A stretch of DNA of 64,000 nucleotides from a virus (IMGVR_UViG_3300028048_000056:98086-162085), one strand, 5' to 3'; positions 8,756-18,842 are shown, counted from the stretch's first letter. Numbers and translations are program-made. Notes: a model not told the origin generated them from the letters alone.

Positions 8756-10703
8756 TCTCATTGTCCTCCGGATTCTCATCCTCGATAGGTTCATCTTCAC
8801 CGTCATATTCAGGCTGCGGTCCCTGTTCTGTTGAACTTGCAGCGTCTGACGCGTCTTCCTCGATTACCTGAGTATCATGTCTATATACTTCTGCATACAG
8901 GATTTCTTCATCTGTCTGCTCTGCATGTAGTCTTAAGAATGCTTGTCTGTTCTCTTCAAAGAATGACACATCTCCGTCTGAAGTCGCATAAGACTTTTGT
9001 TCGTCTTCCCAGGCCTGAGCTAGATTATGATACTGGAATAGGAAAGTGCCTGAACCCTTAGCAAGTGGCTCATCAAATGGGACACCTATACTGGTACCTG
9101 CTGGTACCGCGATTACGCGAATGTGTGTATCTTTATTTATTGTTATACTATTGCTGTACCGCAATGCGTTAGCTGCTAACGCATACACCACGGTATCGTT
9201 GTTGTTTGTATATTGATACGGTGATGAACCATCAACGGTATAATATAGGTCTGCGTTGTCTGCGTCGGTGGTAATCGTGATAATCTGTTCACGTTCACTC
9301 AACAATTCATTACCTGTTGGTATTACACCAGGTACCGGTGAAAAATAGATACGTTTCGGTGGTATTACATCAACTGTAACCTTGATTACTTCGGTGTACT
9401 CGCCACCGCCACCACCTCCTCCGCCACCGGAAGTAGGCATGGGCATAAGAACTTTGTCGCAGTCTAGGTCACCATTATAACCAGAAACTCGACCTACCCA
9501 GCTATGCTGAAATATATAAACCTTAGTGTAGGTAGATTCTGGCAGATAACTTTCTAAGGTAGCACGAGTAGCACTTTCAAACGGAAAATCGACATAAGCA
9601 GCCCAGATTGGTTTGTCACCAATAGATGATGCGGGATATATCGTGAAGGTTCCTGCAGAACTGTAGACACCTGCAAGAGGATAATCTGCGTTATCGAACA
9701 CATTCATGAAACGCTCGACAAACGCATAATTGATATTAGTATCAGCAGATGGTGTGGGGTCTCGACTGCCACCCTGTTCGGTGTCAATCCACACTCCCAT
9801 ATTAACCTTATCTTTTGTAGCACCAATTGTCTGAAGATAAGCTAAAGCGTCCTCGAAAGCTGAGGTCATATCGTTCTCATAATTCGCATAGTTATAGAAA
9901 TAGATACCCAGACCCAATCCTGCATCGAGTACCCGCTGTACTGCTTCCGCTGGATTAAAACTCGACGCAGCCTCAAAACCAGAATTTCGGATAGCACCAA
10001 CCTGGATAATCACACCACCACTACCACTGTTAGCAATAGCATCGATACAGGTATTCAGGCTACCATTAACCACCTGTGCCCATGATATATCATAACACTC
10101 AGTCTGTGGGAAAAACGGCTCACTCGGAGTATCACCACCCGGTGGTCCATAATCAGTAGCAGTTTTATCCAGCGGTATATAATCCCAATTATTACCGTTG
10201 TCAACGGCATCTGGAAAATTCCAACCTGTAGGTAGCGTTGCAGAGTCAAAAGCTAAAATCGGGTCACCTATACGACTACCGCCCTGCCGAACATCATAAT
10301 GCAGATGAGCACCTTGTGAATCACCGGTATTGCCGATGAGTCCCACCGTATCTCCTTGCTTAACTTCATCACCTACCGATACGGGAAGTGAGTTCTCGAC
10401 CAGGTGCATAAAGTAATGAGTTCGTCCATTTCCCTCATCGATAGCTACCGAAGTACCCATACCGTCGTTCCAGCCTGTCTGGTTAGCAACGATTACTGTA
10501 CCGAACACTGGCGTTCTGGCAGGTACCGTTAATGCAGTGCCAGTACCCATATCCCAGGCATCTAGATGATGATGGCTGGTAGGTCTTGCATAATGACCAT
10601 CACTGTCTACCAATGCTAATTGGAAAAATCTAGGAAGACTCATCTGATTACCTGAAGTGTCTCTTAATACTACTTGACCTGAAGTATTGTATTCATTTCC
10701 CAT
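8739..10703 (-). CDS. multidomain peptidoglycan hydrolase: M23 peptidase + GH25 muramidase-like + Fn3/CHB_HEX_C-like domain
   Basis: HLDAWD and GNTGDSQGAHLHY (M23); YDISWAQ, WIDTEQ, IWAAY, FQHSW, DLDCD (GH25); LYYTVDGSSP. Confidence 0.8.
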   Translation of the reverse strand: MGNEYNTSGQVVLRDTSGNQMSLPRFFQLALVDSDGHYARPTSHHHLDAWDMGTGTALTVPARTPVFGTVIVANQTGWNDGMGTSVAIDEGNGRTHYFMHLVENSLPVSVGDEVKQGDTVGLIGNTGDSQGAHLHYDVRQGGSRIGDPILAFDSATLPTGWNFPDAVDNGNNWDYIPLDKTATDYGPPGGDTPSEPFFPQTECYDISWAQVVNGSLNTCIDAIANSGSGGVIIQVGAIRNSGFEAASSFNPAEAVQRVLDAGLGLGIYFYNYANYENDMTSAFEDALAYLQTIGATKDKVNMGVWIDTEQGGSRDPTPSADTNINYAFVERFMNVFDNADYPLAGVYSSAGTFTIYPASSIGDKPIWAAYVDFPFESATRATLESYLPESTYTKVYIFQHSWVGRVSGYNGDLDCDKVLMPMPTSGGGGGGGGGEYTEVIKVTVDVIPPKRIYFSPVPGVIPTGNELLSEREQIITITTDADNADLYYTVDGSSPYQYTNNNDTVVYALAANALRYSNSITINKDTHIRVIAVPAGTSIGVPFDEPLAKGSGTFLFQYHNLAQAWEDEQKSYATSDGDVSFFEENRQAFLRLHAEQTDEEILYAEVYRHDTQVIEEDASDAASSTEQGPQPEYDGEDEPIEDENPEDNENVSDE

Positions 10704-10706
10704 CAA

Positions 10707-11990
10707 TCACTCCTCCATTCCTTGTATCCAGTTTGAGTAATCACTCTTGTCATAGGTTGTGTCCTCATCATGTAAGAACAGAAATCCTCGAGCATCTTCT
10801 GCTTCTGGAATATTACCGGACGCGTCTCGCATGAAGGTAGCGTGCCTTGCTGCTAGAAGTAGCATTGTAGCTTTCGCATCGCTACCGTCATTAGCAGAAT
10901 TGGTAAAGTAAGCAGATGACCTACCCCAATCTTGACTATGAGTAGCAACATCTGTTATCACGCATCGGAAATGCACAGGAAACTGCGTCCTGATAGTCGG
11001 TACATAGTCTTTAGAGCGTTCATAGTCATTAGTACCATCAGCATTTAGGAACAGAGTTCGGCCATGAAGTAACGGGTCAGAATTATTTAAGGTGAACATC
11101 ATTACGATACCCTCTTTAATTGCCTGCTGCCACTCTGCATCAGTTTCACTATTGGTGTATCTATATGTGTAGAATGGTATGAACTCTAACCAGGAATCTG
11201 AAAATCGGTCAGTCGCCACTCTACCTGATTCATCTACTACCAATTCAGCAGTACGGAAATAACCGGGAATCACACTATTAAACTCACCATTCTGCTTCCT
11301 AATCTGATACTGGAACTCTAACTTCTGAACAAATTTGAGTTCTATATCAAGAGACTCCAATGATTGAGACTTATTCTCAGTTGCTTCCGATGCTGTGATA
11401 GAGTCACCATTACCCTTGACATATCGCAAAACCTTAGCTGCCTCAGTATCTTGAATTGTCCATGTAGCCGCTAAATCAGCCGGGTCGCTGTCTTGCAAGT
11501 ATTTCGTACCAGCTGCACATGATTTGGGAATCGCTTGACCACCAGTATTAGGACCACTCCCAGCATTTAACCCATACGCATTACCGTTCAGATAATCTAC
11601 AAAAATATCGCAATGGCTATGAGAACCAGAAGCTCTTATGTCACCGGGGTGAACATCTGAAGCATCGAATGGTAGAACTGCCCAGTCTGGTGATATATTA
11701 CCATTCGCGTCTTTTACGAAATTACTGGTAGCATCTGTCAGATACCAACCGTCACCTGTATGACCGGCTACCGACGACACACCCCAATTCGGGTCATAAC
11801 CCATCACACGAATAATGCACTGAATTACTCCAGTACAGTCACAACGGCATTGATACGAAGAACCGTCTATATCCAGAGTAACTGATATTTCGGAACCATA
11901 GCTACCTGATGGGTGAGCCACACCTAGAGCTGCGTATACCTTAGCAGCTGCGGTTAAGAAAGTTGACTCAGCCGCATCCCAAGCTTCCAT
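10707..11990 (-). CDS. virion protein with N-terminal NlpC/P60-CHAP-like Cys-His amidase/peptidase domain
   Basis: CDCTGVI...PGDI...HCDIFV. Confidence 0.6.
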   Translation of the reverse strand: MEAWDAAESTFLTAAAKVYAALGVAHPSGSYGSEISVTLDIDGSSYQCRCDCTGVIQCIIRVMGYDPNWGVSSVAGHTGDGWYLTDATSNFVKDANGNISPDWAVLPFDASDVHPGDIRASGSHSHCDIFVDYLNGNAYGLNAGSGPNTGGQAIPKSCAAGTKYLQDSDPADLAATWTIQDTEAAKVLRYVKGNGDSITASEATENKSQSLESLDIELKFVQKLEFQYQIRKQNGEFNSVIPGYFRTAELVVDESGRVATDRFSDSWLEFIPFYTYRYTNSETDAEWQQAIKEGIVMMFTLNNSDPLLHGRTLFLNADGTNDYERSKDYVPTIRTQFPVHFRCVITDVATHSQDWGRSSAYFTNSANDGSDAKATMLLLAARHATFMRDASGNIPEAEDARGFLFLHDEDTTYDKSDYSNWIQGMEE

Positions 11991-12645
11991 TGTACCACCC
12001 CTTATCTACCGTATAATAACCGGCAACACCACTCATAATCATCTCCTCACGATGTCGGTCGAAAATTTCCTCTACCCGCATTATGCTACGAGTTTTATTC
12101 TCGACATCATCTCGGAGTAAGAACAGCTGCATTCGGTTAAGATTTCCTTTCCAATTACGTTTGCGAACATTTTTATCAGTGGTCTTAGTCAATATCGCTC
12201 GCTCGACGTTTGCACCAGATACCTCGATGAAATAGATACCCCAGTCTCCGTCTTGATTGTGGTAATACAATCTAAGACCGCTGAACACTCTCTCACGGAT
12301 AATCTGCTTGTAAAGTTCCTCTCGCTCTATTGTAAGGAGCCTTAAGGATTCGATGCAATGCTCGGTATTTTCCAGTAGATACAATGACTCTATAACCTTG
12401 ATATAACGATTAAGGATACGAGTACCTCTATCCCAGTCTTTCACGTCATCAGGAAGAAAGAGACGGTTCACTTCAAGTTGTGTGCCAGATTCATCATCAC
12501 GTAGAATGAACCCGTCATAGAACTTGCAGCCCATCTCTTTCAACTCTCTATATTCAGGAATTCGATTTCCTATCTCGAACAGCCTGTTACGTCTTTCGAT
12601 AATATCTTGCATATAAAAGAAGCTTGGTATTTCCATCACAATCAC
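11968..12645 (-). CDS. hypothetical protein
   Basis: 225 aa ORF overlapping both neighbours. Confidence 0.6.
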   Translation of the reverse strand: MIVMEIPSFFYMQDIIERRNRLFEIGNRIPEYRELKEMGCKFYDGFILRDDESGTQLEVNRLFLPDDVKDWDRGTRILNRYIKVIESLYLLENTEHCIESLRLLTIEREELYKQIIRERVFSGLRLYYHNQDGDWGIYFIEVSGANVERAILTKTTDKNVRKRNWKGNLNRMQLFLLRDDVENKTRSIMRVEEIFDRHREEMIMSGVAGYYTVDKGWYNGSLGCG

Positions 12646-13082
12646 GCTCCAATTCGTCTAGGCATCCTTCCGCTTTCAACGATACAAAGCATCCTGAGAA
12701 ATCGTATTAGATACCAGAACGTGTGGAGATAACTGCGAGCATCAGTTTCAGGATGTGTTCTGGTTGCTGTGATGTCTCTCCGAATTATATCATGCAGCTT
12801 CTTCTTTAACTCTGGGTCCTGACTTTCGTCTGCTGTAACCAGCTCGTTAATCCAGGATTTTGGAAGATTATCAAGAATGAAGAACGCATCAGAACAATAG
12901 GTCGAAATTGTTCTTCTCTTTACACCTGGCTTAATCTGCTCCATAAACGAAAAGAATGCTGTGCGTATACATTCAACCTGATACAGGTCATTTTTTATCA
13001 ACAATACTGTCCCATTCATCCTGCCAAGGCACCTCCCTGCGAAGAAAAAGTCTAGTAGGGTCGAATGTGTTTCTGCGAGCAT
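12642..13082 (-). CDS. hypothetical protein (true start possibly ATG 13019)
   Basis: ORF fills the gap in the operon. Confidence 0.55.
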   Translation of the reverse strand: MLAETHSTLLDFFFAGRCLGRMNGTVLLIKNDLYQVECIRTAFFSFMEQIKPGVKRRTISTYCSDAFFILDNLPKSWINELVTADESQDPELKKKLHDIIRRDITATRTHPETDARSYLHTFWYLIRFLRMLCIVESGRMPRRIGA

Positions 13083-13896
13083 TAAGCTCTTTCTTTGTCC
13101 AGAGTGCTTTGTTTCGAGGGTTCTTACTCTTGAGATATTCTGTTATCCAGCCTTTGTGGTATTCCTCAGCCTCTCTGCGGTGAGCTTTACTTTCATAGAT
13201 TGAGCTCTGATTATCACCGCCGAATTCTTTCATAACCAGATTCTTGTTCATAGCGAGTCCGTGCTTAGCAAGAACCCAATCCAGCTCGAACTGCACATCT
13301 TCAGGAGGAGAACCAGGTAAACAGCTTGTTTCACCATTCATATAAACTGGCTCATAGCCGTACTTGACTAGATTAGGAATACACGCAATCTGAAGAAATC
13401 CTGAAGGAGTGCTCTTTGACAAGAACCACGCTTCATGCCGTTTCGGAAACTCTACACACTGTTTCTTAAAAGGTTCCGTCATAGGAGTCAGAGCTTTAAT
13501 AATCGTACCGGCAGCTGCCAGTCTATCTCCATCAGGTCCTTTGAGTTCTTTCGTGAAAAATTCCTCGCCGTTGAAATATGGGTACAGCGCCCGGTCATCG
13601 TCCATAATGACTAACCAGTCATAATCTGACTCATACAGCTCCTTTAATAGATAATTTCGATTTGCACCAGGATATGCTGCCGGTACTGGCATACTGGTTA
13701 TCTCGAAAGGTACATCGTAAAGACAGTCATAGTCAGAATCATCTCCCCACGCACTCTCGACACGGTAATATAAATCATCTGGCGTTAGGAAGGTAGACAA
13801 CCAATCCAGCTGCTTTCTGTGATTTATAATTCGCTGAGCCTTTCGCTTACCGTCAGGCGGAATAAAACTTATCGTACCATACATTACCTTACCCAT
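12988..13896 (-). CDS. GT-A fold glycosyltransferase, paralog 2
   Basis: YRVESAWG, ANRNYLL...DWLVIMDDDR, PPEDVQFELDW; clear paralog of 2817..3740; AGGAGG SD before ATG 13896. Confidence 0.65.
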   Translation of the reverse strand: MGKVMYGTISFIPPDGKRKAQRIINHRKQLDWLSTFLTPDDLYYRVESAWGDDSDYDCLYDVPFEITSMPVPAAYPGANRNYLLKELYESDYDWLVIMDDDRALYPYFNGEEFFTKELKGPDGDRLAAAGTIIKALTPMTEPFKKQCVEFPKRHEAWFLSKSTPSGFLQIACIPNLVKYGYEPVYMNGETSCLPGSPPEDVQFELDWVLAKHGLAMNKNLVMKEFGGDNQSSIYESKAHRREAEEYHKGWITEYLKSKNPRNKALWTKKELNARRNTFDPTRLFLRREVPWQDEWDSIVDKK

Positions 13897-13932
13897 AATT
13901 AACCTCCTTAGTGTCGGTATTTTCGTAATATT

Positions 13933-13966
13933 ATTATATAACACCACACGAGTCAGAAACGAACTT
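13933..13966 (-). promoter_or_regulatory. phage promoter AAGTTCG-N21-TATAAT
   Basis: variant copy upstream of glycosyltransferase 2. Confidence 0.7.
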
Positions 13967-14486
13967 ATGTGGTGTTATCCAAGATATTCTTAATTTCGTC
14001 ATATCTATCATACGACGTGAGTGGCTCATAATCTAAATCCCACAACCCTTTCGTCTTTTCCAAGAACCGTGGGTCATTAAAGTCTGTGACATATTCGCGA
14101 GTTTTCTGGTCAACCCACATTACGCTACCGAACAGATGAAGCCGATACTCACGTAGAAACCCTCCCAGCCACTCTACGGGAAGATTGGCTCTCAGGTAGA
14201 GTTGAAATTTTATTCTTACCTGAGGTGGTATCGGTCGTGCGTATGCTAAATCTTTCTTACGAATTACATTGCAGCAGGCTTCATAAGCCGGCATGGTATC
14301 TGCAGTTATTCTGTAGAATGACTCGTTGATTAGGAGTATTCCTTGCACATACATACCTACATAGGTCATCAGGCTTGCATACTCCGCTTGCTGATTTCTT
14401 GGCAGCTCGAGTGCGTCTTGATAATCATGTGGTTTAGCCTTAATAACACCTAATACTTTGGCAGCTTGATACTCGATAGGCGACAT
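13965..14486 (-). CDS. hypothetical protein
   Basis: 173 aa ORF with GAGGTG SD. Confidence 0.65.
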   Translation of the reverse strand: MSPIEYQAAKVLGVIKAKPHDYQDALELPRNQQAEYASLMTYVGMYVQGILLINESFYRITADTMPAYEACCNVIRKKDLAYARPIPPQVRIKFQLYLRANLPVEWLGGFLREYRLHLFGSVMWVDQKTREYVTDFNDPRFLEKTKGLWDLDYEPLTSYDRYDEIKNILDNTT

Positions 14487-14501
14487 GACACATCACCTCT
14501 C

Positions 14502-15380
14502 TTATCTTGGCTTACGACGCTGTAGATAAACTCCAAGTAGGTTGGTTAGCTCCTGGGAATCTGTTCTTGCTGCGAACTTATCGATAAACCTGTCAATGAC
14601 CTCGTCTGTAATGACTGTGGTGGGTTCTTCCCAGTGGTCGACGCTGGTATTCAAGGAAACCAACTTCTTGTTACGCATAACAGCGTCCTGATGCTCGATT
14701 AGCTTAGACTGAATCTTACGCTTATTGGTAACCTTGACAATGTTAGCGTAGATATCATCTACACTGTCGAACTCACGCAGCAATTCGATACCAGTTGTCT
14801 CGCCGATTCCAGGTACACCGGGAATGTTATCAGAGCCATCGCCTATGAGTGCTTTCAAAGACACAAGCTGCTTAGGTGCAATCTTCTTCTCAGCGAAGAA
14901 TAATGCATCGTCCCAAAGGACGTGTCTGCCATTCGTTTTCAGCTGAATTACCTTAACATTCTTCTGCAAAAGCTGAAGCCAGTCAGCGTCGACAGTCAGT
15001 AGCGTTATCTCATCTGTAGCTGCGTAGCGTTCAACGAACGCACCTGCGAGGTCATCTGCTTCTCTACCAGGTTGCTTATAAACAGTACCTATCATAGCGC
15101 CCAGTTCAAGAATGAAGTCTACCTGGTCATAGAATGACGGTTCAGCGGCAGTTCGGTTAGCTTTGTAATCAGGGAACAGCTGCTTGCGTTCATCAGCCGA
15201 GCCTGGCATGTCGGTTACAAAGATTGGGTAATAATCTTCCACTGAATGCACTCGGCTTAAAAACTGTTTGAAGAAACCGATAATAACAGAAGTAGGTTCA
15301 CCTTTATCATTGGTCAAATCAGGGTAACCGTATAGAGCTCTGAAGCTCAAGGCGTATGTGTCTATCACAAGATACTTCAT
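14502..15380 (-). CDS. 5'-3' exonuclease / flap endonuclease (PolI N-terminal-like)
   Basis: LVID, RALYG, YKANR, EADD, DADWLQL, LIGDGSDNIPGVPGIGETT. Confidence 0.93.
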   Translation of the reverse strand: MKYLVIDTYALSFRALYGYPDLTNDKGEPTSVIIGFFKQFLSRVHSVEDYYPIFVTDMPGSADERKQLFPDYKANRTAAEPSFYDQVDFILELGAMIGTVYKQPGREADDLAGAFVERYAATDEITLLTVDADWLQLLQKNVKVIQLKTNGRHVLWDDALFFAEKKIAPKQLVSLKALIGDGSDNIPGVPGIGETTGIELLREFDSVDDIYANIVKVTNKRKIQSKLIEHQDAVMRNKKLVSLNTSVDHWEEPTTVITDEVIDRFIDKFAARTDSQELTNLLGVYLQRRKPR

Positions 15381-15434
15381 TAGACTCCTCCTTAGAAATC
15401 ATCTTATAAAAGCCTTACACTTTATATTATCTCA

Positions 15435-15467
15435 ATTATAACATTTTTTGGGTGTTATTTCGAAGTT
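15435..15467 (-). promoter_or_regulatory. phage promoter AACTTCG-N20-TATAAT
   Basis: conserved motif copy. Confidence 0.8.
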
Positions 15468-15469
15468 CC

Positions 15470-15838
15470 TTAACCAGCAAGGCAATCCACCAGCTGGTCT
15501 GGCAGCACAGCAGGCACGCAAGGGAATTCATCTACGGTACACAGCGCGTCACGCATATCAAATTCAAATTCAAGATTATACTGCTTATGCACTTCAGAAT
15601 CCTTGATTACACGAAATTCGTGCTCCGTACATAGTCGGGTAAAGTCCTCGACATCACGGATGCCACTCTCAACCTCAATGCGAGTTGTCTGATAGGTGGT
15701 AGAGGTGACAGCTGCCGCAATCAGGTTAGCACCACGCTTCATGATATACAAGTCGATAGGCTCGTTCTTAGGTACACCTTCAATCTTTACTCTACAGGTT
15801 TGCTTATACATTGAATTCATCCTTTCCAAAATAGACAT
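15470..15838 (-). CDS. hypothetical protein
   Basis: 122 aa ORF on the coding strand. Confidence 0.55.
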   Translation of the reverse strand: MSILERMNSMYKQTCRVKIEGVPKNEPIDLYIMKRGANLIAAAVTSTTYQTTRIEVESGIRDVEDFTRLCTEHEFRVIKDSEVHKQYNLEFEFDMRDALCTVDEFPCVPAVLPDQLVDCLAG

Positions 15839-15842
15839 AAGA

Positions 15843-15909
15843 ACTGCTTAGATGCTACGGTGTCGGTACACTATATGTACACAACAAGACCGTGCATTTA
15901 AGCAGTACC
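15843..15909. repeat. intergenic palindromic element, copy A
   Basis: ACTGCTTA...TAAGCAGT arms shared with 24092 and 50831. Confidence 0.7.
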
Positions 15910-15916
15910 GCGTTTC

Positions 15917-16402
15917 TTATACCAGACTGTCGTCTGTTTCGTCTCCTTCTTCGTCTACCTGACAGCAGTTCTCGCAGCAGTTCCCACCACTGCCGCTGCC
16001 TTTCTTAGATGAACCGAGTAGGTATGGAGCATCTGCATCACCATTGATTGTTTTGAGATATAGATACGCATACCAATCTGGGTTCTGCCGAAACGTATCG
16101 AAACTGAACATGATACGCAGACGAACCGTTCCTTCAAGACCAAGCGAGTCTAGCCATGTGCTAGGTACTACAATCTCAGGACGTTCACCAACTTGCTGGA
16201 ATAGTTTCCAGCTGTCGTCGCTCGAGTCAATAATATGCTTATCATTATCCTCGACGTTCCAAGTCACCTTGGTTAACCGACCACGGAAGTTCTTCGGCAT
16301 TAGGAATCTCAGGTCAATATCATGACCCCATTCCTTGATTTTCATGAATCCACAGGTAGTGAATTCAGCGGGATTCGTTAAGATATCAATCTGATTTCTC
16401 AT
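15917..16402 (-). CDS. hypothetical protein
   Basis: ORF; likely ATG 16402 with AAGGAG SD. Confidence 0.6.
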   Translation of the reverse strand: MRNQIDILTNPAEFTTCGFMKIKEWGHDIDLRFLMPKNFRGRLTKVTWNVEDNDKHIIDSSDDSWKLFQQVGERPEIVVPSTWLDSLGLEGTVRLRIMFSFDTFRQNPDWYAYLYLKTINGDADAPYLLGSSKKGSGSGGNCCENCCQVDEEGDETDDSLV

Positions 16403-16456
16403 GAACCTCTTCTCCTTTTCATTAGATTTATGCAACACAGCAAAGCTGTGGTAACA

Positions 16457-18085
16457 TCAAACCATGTTCAAAACTCTATTGACAATGGCTTGCTGAACTT
16501 TCTTGCTAGACTCAGTAATGGTCTCAGACAACTCATACTTACCGTCGACGATTTCTTCATTGACTACGTCATAGGTACCTCTGGTGACGAGTCTGATGAC
16601 ATTCACCGGGTTAAACTGACCGATACGATGACATCTATCCTGTGCCTGTTCTTCATCAGCTGCTGTCCAAGGAAGCTCATACTCTACAATGGTTGAGCTA
16701 GCAGTTAGGTTGATACCGGTACCCATTGTCTGATAGTTACCCAGAATAATGTTACATTCTGGTATGGTCTGAAATGCGTTTTCGTTAGCGTCTCTGATTT
16801 CATTAGATATTGCGCCGTAGATTAAAGCCGGATTGTACCCGTGCTTACGCAGTGCCCAGTTTAGATATTCAATCGTGAATACATGATAACAGAATATTAC
16901 AATCTTCTGACCTGAGGCGATTACTTCCTCGACAATATCGAGCAGAGATTCTAGTTTAGCACAAGCCTCCGGCGGGAAGGATTCCATAACTCTAGGCGGG
17001 CAACCGGTAGCCTTCTTCAAGCCTACAAGCTGACCCATAGGACTTGCTGCTGCCATAATCTCAGCAGAGCGTTCTCTCAAGTCTTTCTGGATTTCTTTAT
17101 ACAACTTTTTCTGCTCAGGCAGGAGGTCTACATAGTAGGTCTGAATAGTCTTCTCCGGAAGGTCCAGACATTCTTTCTTGGTGCGTCTGAGTGTCCAGCA
17201 ATGGAAGTCGAATGCCAGGTCATCCAGATTTTTGTAGCCCATTACTTCTCGGCCCTCAAATCCACCTTTGATGCAATACTTCGCTTCAAAATAGGTCTTA
17301 GGTGGTACCGTACGATTCAACCACTTCATCATGGCGTACAGGTCAAGCGGTGAGTTGACAATGGGTGTACCTGTCAAACCGAGTTTGTAGTGTGTGTCAA
17401 GCTCCAAGAGTCCTTCTGTCTGCTTTGCTTTGGGATTCTTGCATTTGTGTACCTCGTCGACTACTACCATTCCGATTATGCCGTCCTGAACTTGCTGCTT
17501 GAGAGCTTCTACGATAGCAGCATTTCTTAGCGACTCGATATTGGTAATGATGACCTGAGCTGCCATCTTCTTAAGACGATTCACGTCGTCGACTTTATCC
17601 TTGCCAGAACCAATCTTAGTCTGCAGTCCGGACTTACCTACTGGTCTTGTTCCTAGAATATAACCAACCAAGTCAGTATGCTTCTTGACCTCATTCTGCC
17701 AGTTATACTGAAGACCTGATACACCTACTATTATAAGAGCCTTACGAATTTGACCTGCGAGAATTCTATTCGCAATTAAGTCAAGAGACTGCTTGGTCTT
17801 ACCGAGTCCAGGCTGGTCAAGCAGCAACATCTGAGCATGACTCTCAGAGAACTTGAGAAACGCTTTCTGGTGCTCATAAGGCTCCGTCTTCCAGGTTGTA
17901 AAGTTCACCTTATCGGCATCAGGTTCAATCACTTCCTCGGGAATAGGCGTAAGTGTTACCTCCGATTGATTTTCGTAACGTGGGACCCACGCATGCTTCG
18001 GTCTTCCTTTGTATCGGTATAATTCATACTCCCTGGTGGTTTTGTCGATTACTTCTACTGGCTCACCTTTATAATCAAAGAACAT
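16457..18085 (-). CDS. SNF2-family (SF2) helicase
   Basis: DQPGLGKT, VVDEVH, LTGTP, LRRTK...DLP, GINLT, QAQDRCHRIGQ. Confidence 0.93.
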   Translation of the reverse strand: MFFDYKGEPVEVIDKTTREYELYRYKGRPKHAWVPRYENQSEVTLTPIPEEVIEPDADKVNFTTWKTEPYEHQKAFLKFSESHAQMLLLDQPGLGKTKQSLDLIANRILAGQIRKALIIVGVSGLQYNWQNEVKKHTDLVGYILGTRPVGKSGLQTKIGSGKDKVDDVNRLKKMAAQVIITNIESLRNAAIVEALKQQVQDGIIGMVVVDEVHKCKNPKAKQTEGLLELDTHYKLGLTGTPIVNSPLDLYAMMKWLNRTVPPKTYFEAKYCIKGGFEGREVMGYKNLDDLAFDFHCWTLRRTKKECLDLPEKTIQTYYVDLLPEQKKLYKEIQKDLRERSAEIMAAASPMGQLVGLKKATGCPPRVMESFPPEACAKLESLLDIVEEVIASGQKIVIFCYHVFTIEYLNWALRKHGYNPALIYGAISNEIRDANENAFQTIPECNIILGNYQTMGTGINLTASSTIVEYELPWTAADEEQAQDRCHRIGQFNPVNVIRLVTRGTYDVVNEEIVDGKYELSETITESSKKVQQAIVNRVLNMV

Positions 18086-18132
18086 CGAAATCCTCCTTAA
18101 CAATGGTTGTGATATTATTTTATTGTAATCAT

Positions 18133-18165
18133 ATTATAACATATATATTGCGTGAATTCGAATTA
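18133..18165 (-). promoter_or_regulatory. phage promoter variant TAATTCG-N20-TATAAT
   Basis: variant copy driving the leftward arm. Confidence 0.65.
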
Positions 18166-18632
18166 ACGTAACTTCGTATACTTTGTTGATTTTATTCAGT
18201 ATTTCTATAATGCTTTTTGTATATAATTTTTAATTCTATGGATTTTACATACCTCACAATATATTATATGTTCGTCTACCACTCCCTATAATATATCGCG
18301 CCGACAAGTCGGACGTACACCGCTTTCGCTTGTTATCACAAGCTCCGCTACAAAGGTCTTTCGCTTTTAGCAAAAAACCTTGACAGCGGCAAAACCGCAG
18401 CCAAACCAAGAACAAACCAAAAATAAACAAAAACAAAAGAAAATCAGAAAACATAAATCTCAAGCAAACAAAGTTCCAAATTAGAATGTTTCAAAAGTGG
18501 GCGCGTCAGCGCCCGAAGCTTATTAAAGCACGCCCGCCTTTAGTCTGCTAAAGCAACATATAAGAAACACCGCAGATAAGGTTGTTGTTATTATAAATAG
18601 TATATACACCGCAGGTATGGTTTCTTTTATGT

Positions 18633-18666
18633 AAATTCGACGTTATAAGTTTCTTTGTATTATAAT
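18633..18666 (+). promoter_or_regulatory. phage promoter variant AAATTCG-N21-TATAAT
   Basis: variant copy driving the rightward arm. Confidence 0.65.
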
Positions 18667-18709
18667 TATGATACTACAAAATGCGTGTAGCATCGGTATA
18701 TGACGTCAC

Positions 18710-18743
18710 AAGTTCGATGTTGTGTCGGTCCTTATGTTATACT
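18710..18743 (+). promoter_or_regulatory. phage promoter variant AAGTTCG-N21-TATACT
   Basis: variant copy; argues that the downstream gene starts at 18843. Confidence 0.65.
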
Positions 18744-18842
18744 TGTGATACTGTAGAAAGTATGTCACATGATTTCCCGTGTTATACTTTATATGTGAGT
18801 TTAACGTGTTCGTCACACGTCGTCAGAAAGAGGGTCTACATT

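Noticed and set aside
18170-18176. Additional AACTTCG promoter copy
   Set aside because: No TATAAT-like hexamer at the 20-21 nt spacing, so it was not counted.
18254-18463. 69-aa Phe/Leu-rich membrane ORF
   Set aside because: It is an artefact of the A-rich tract read on the minus strand, with a non-ATG start and no SD.
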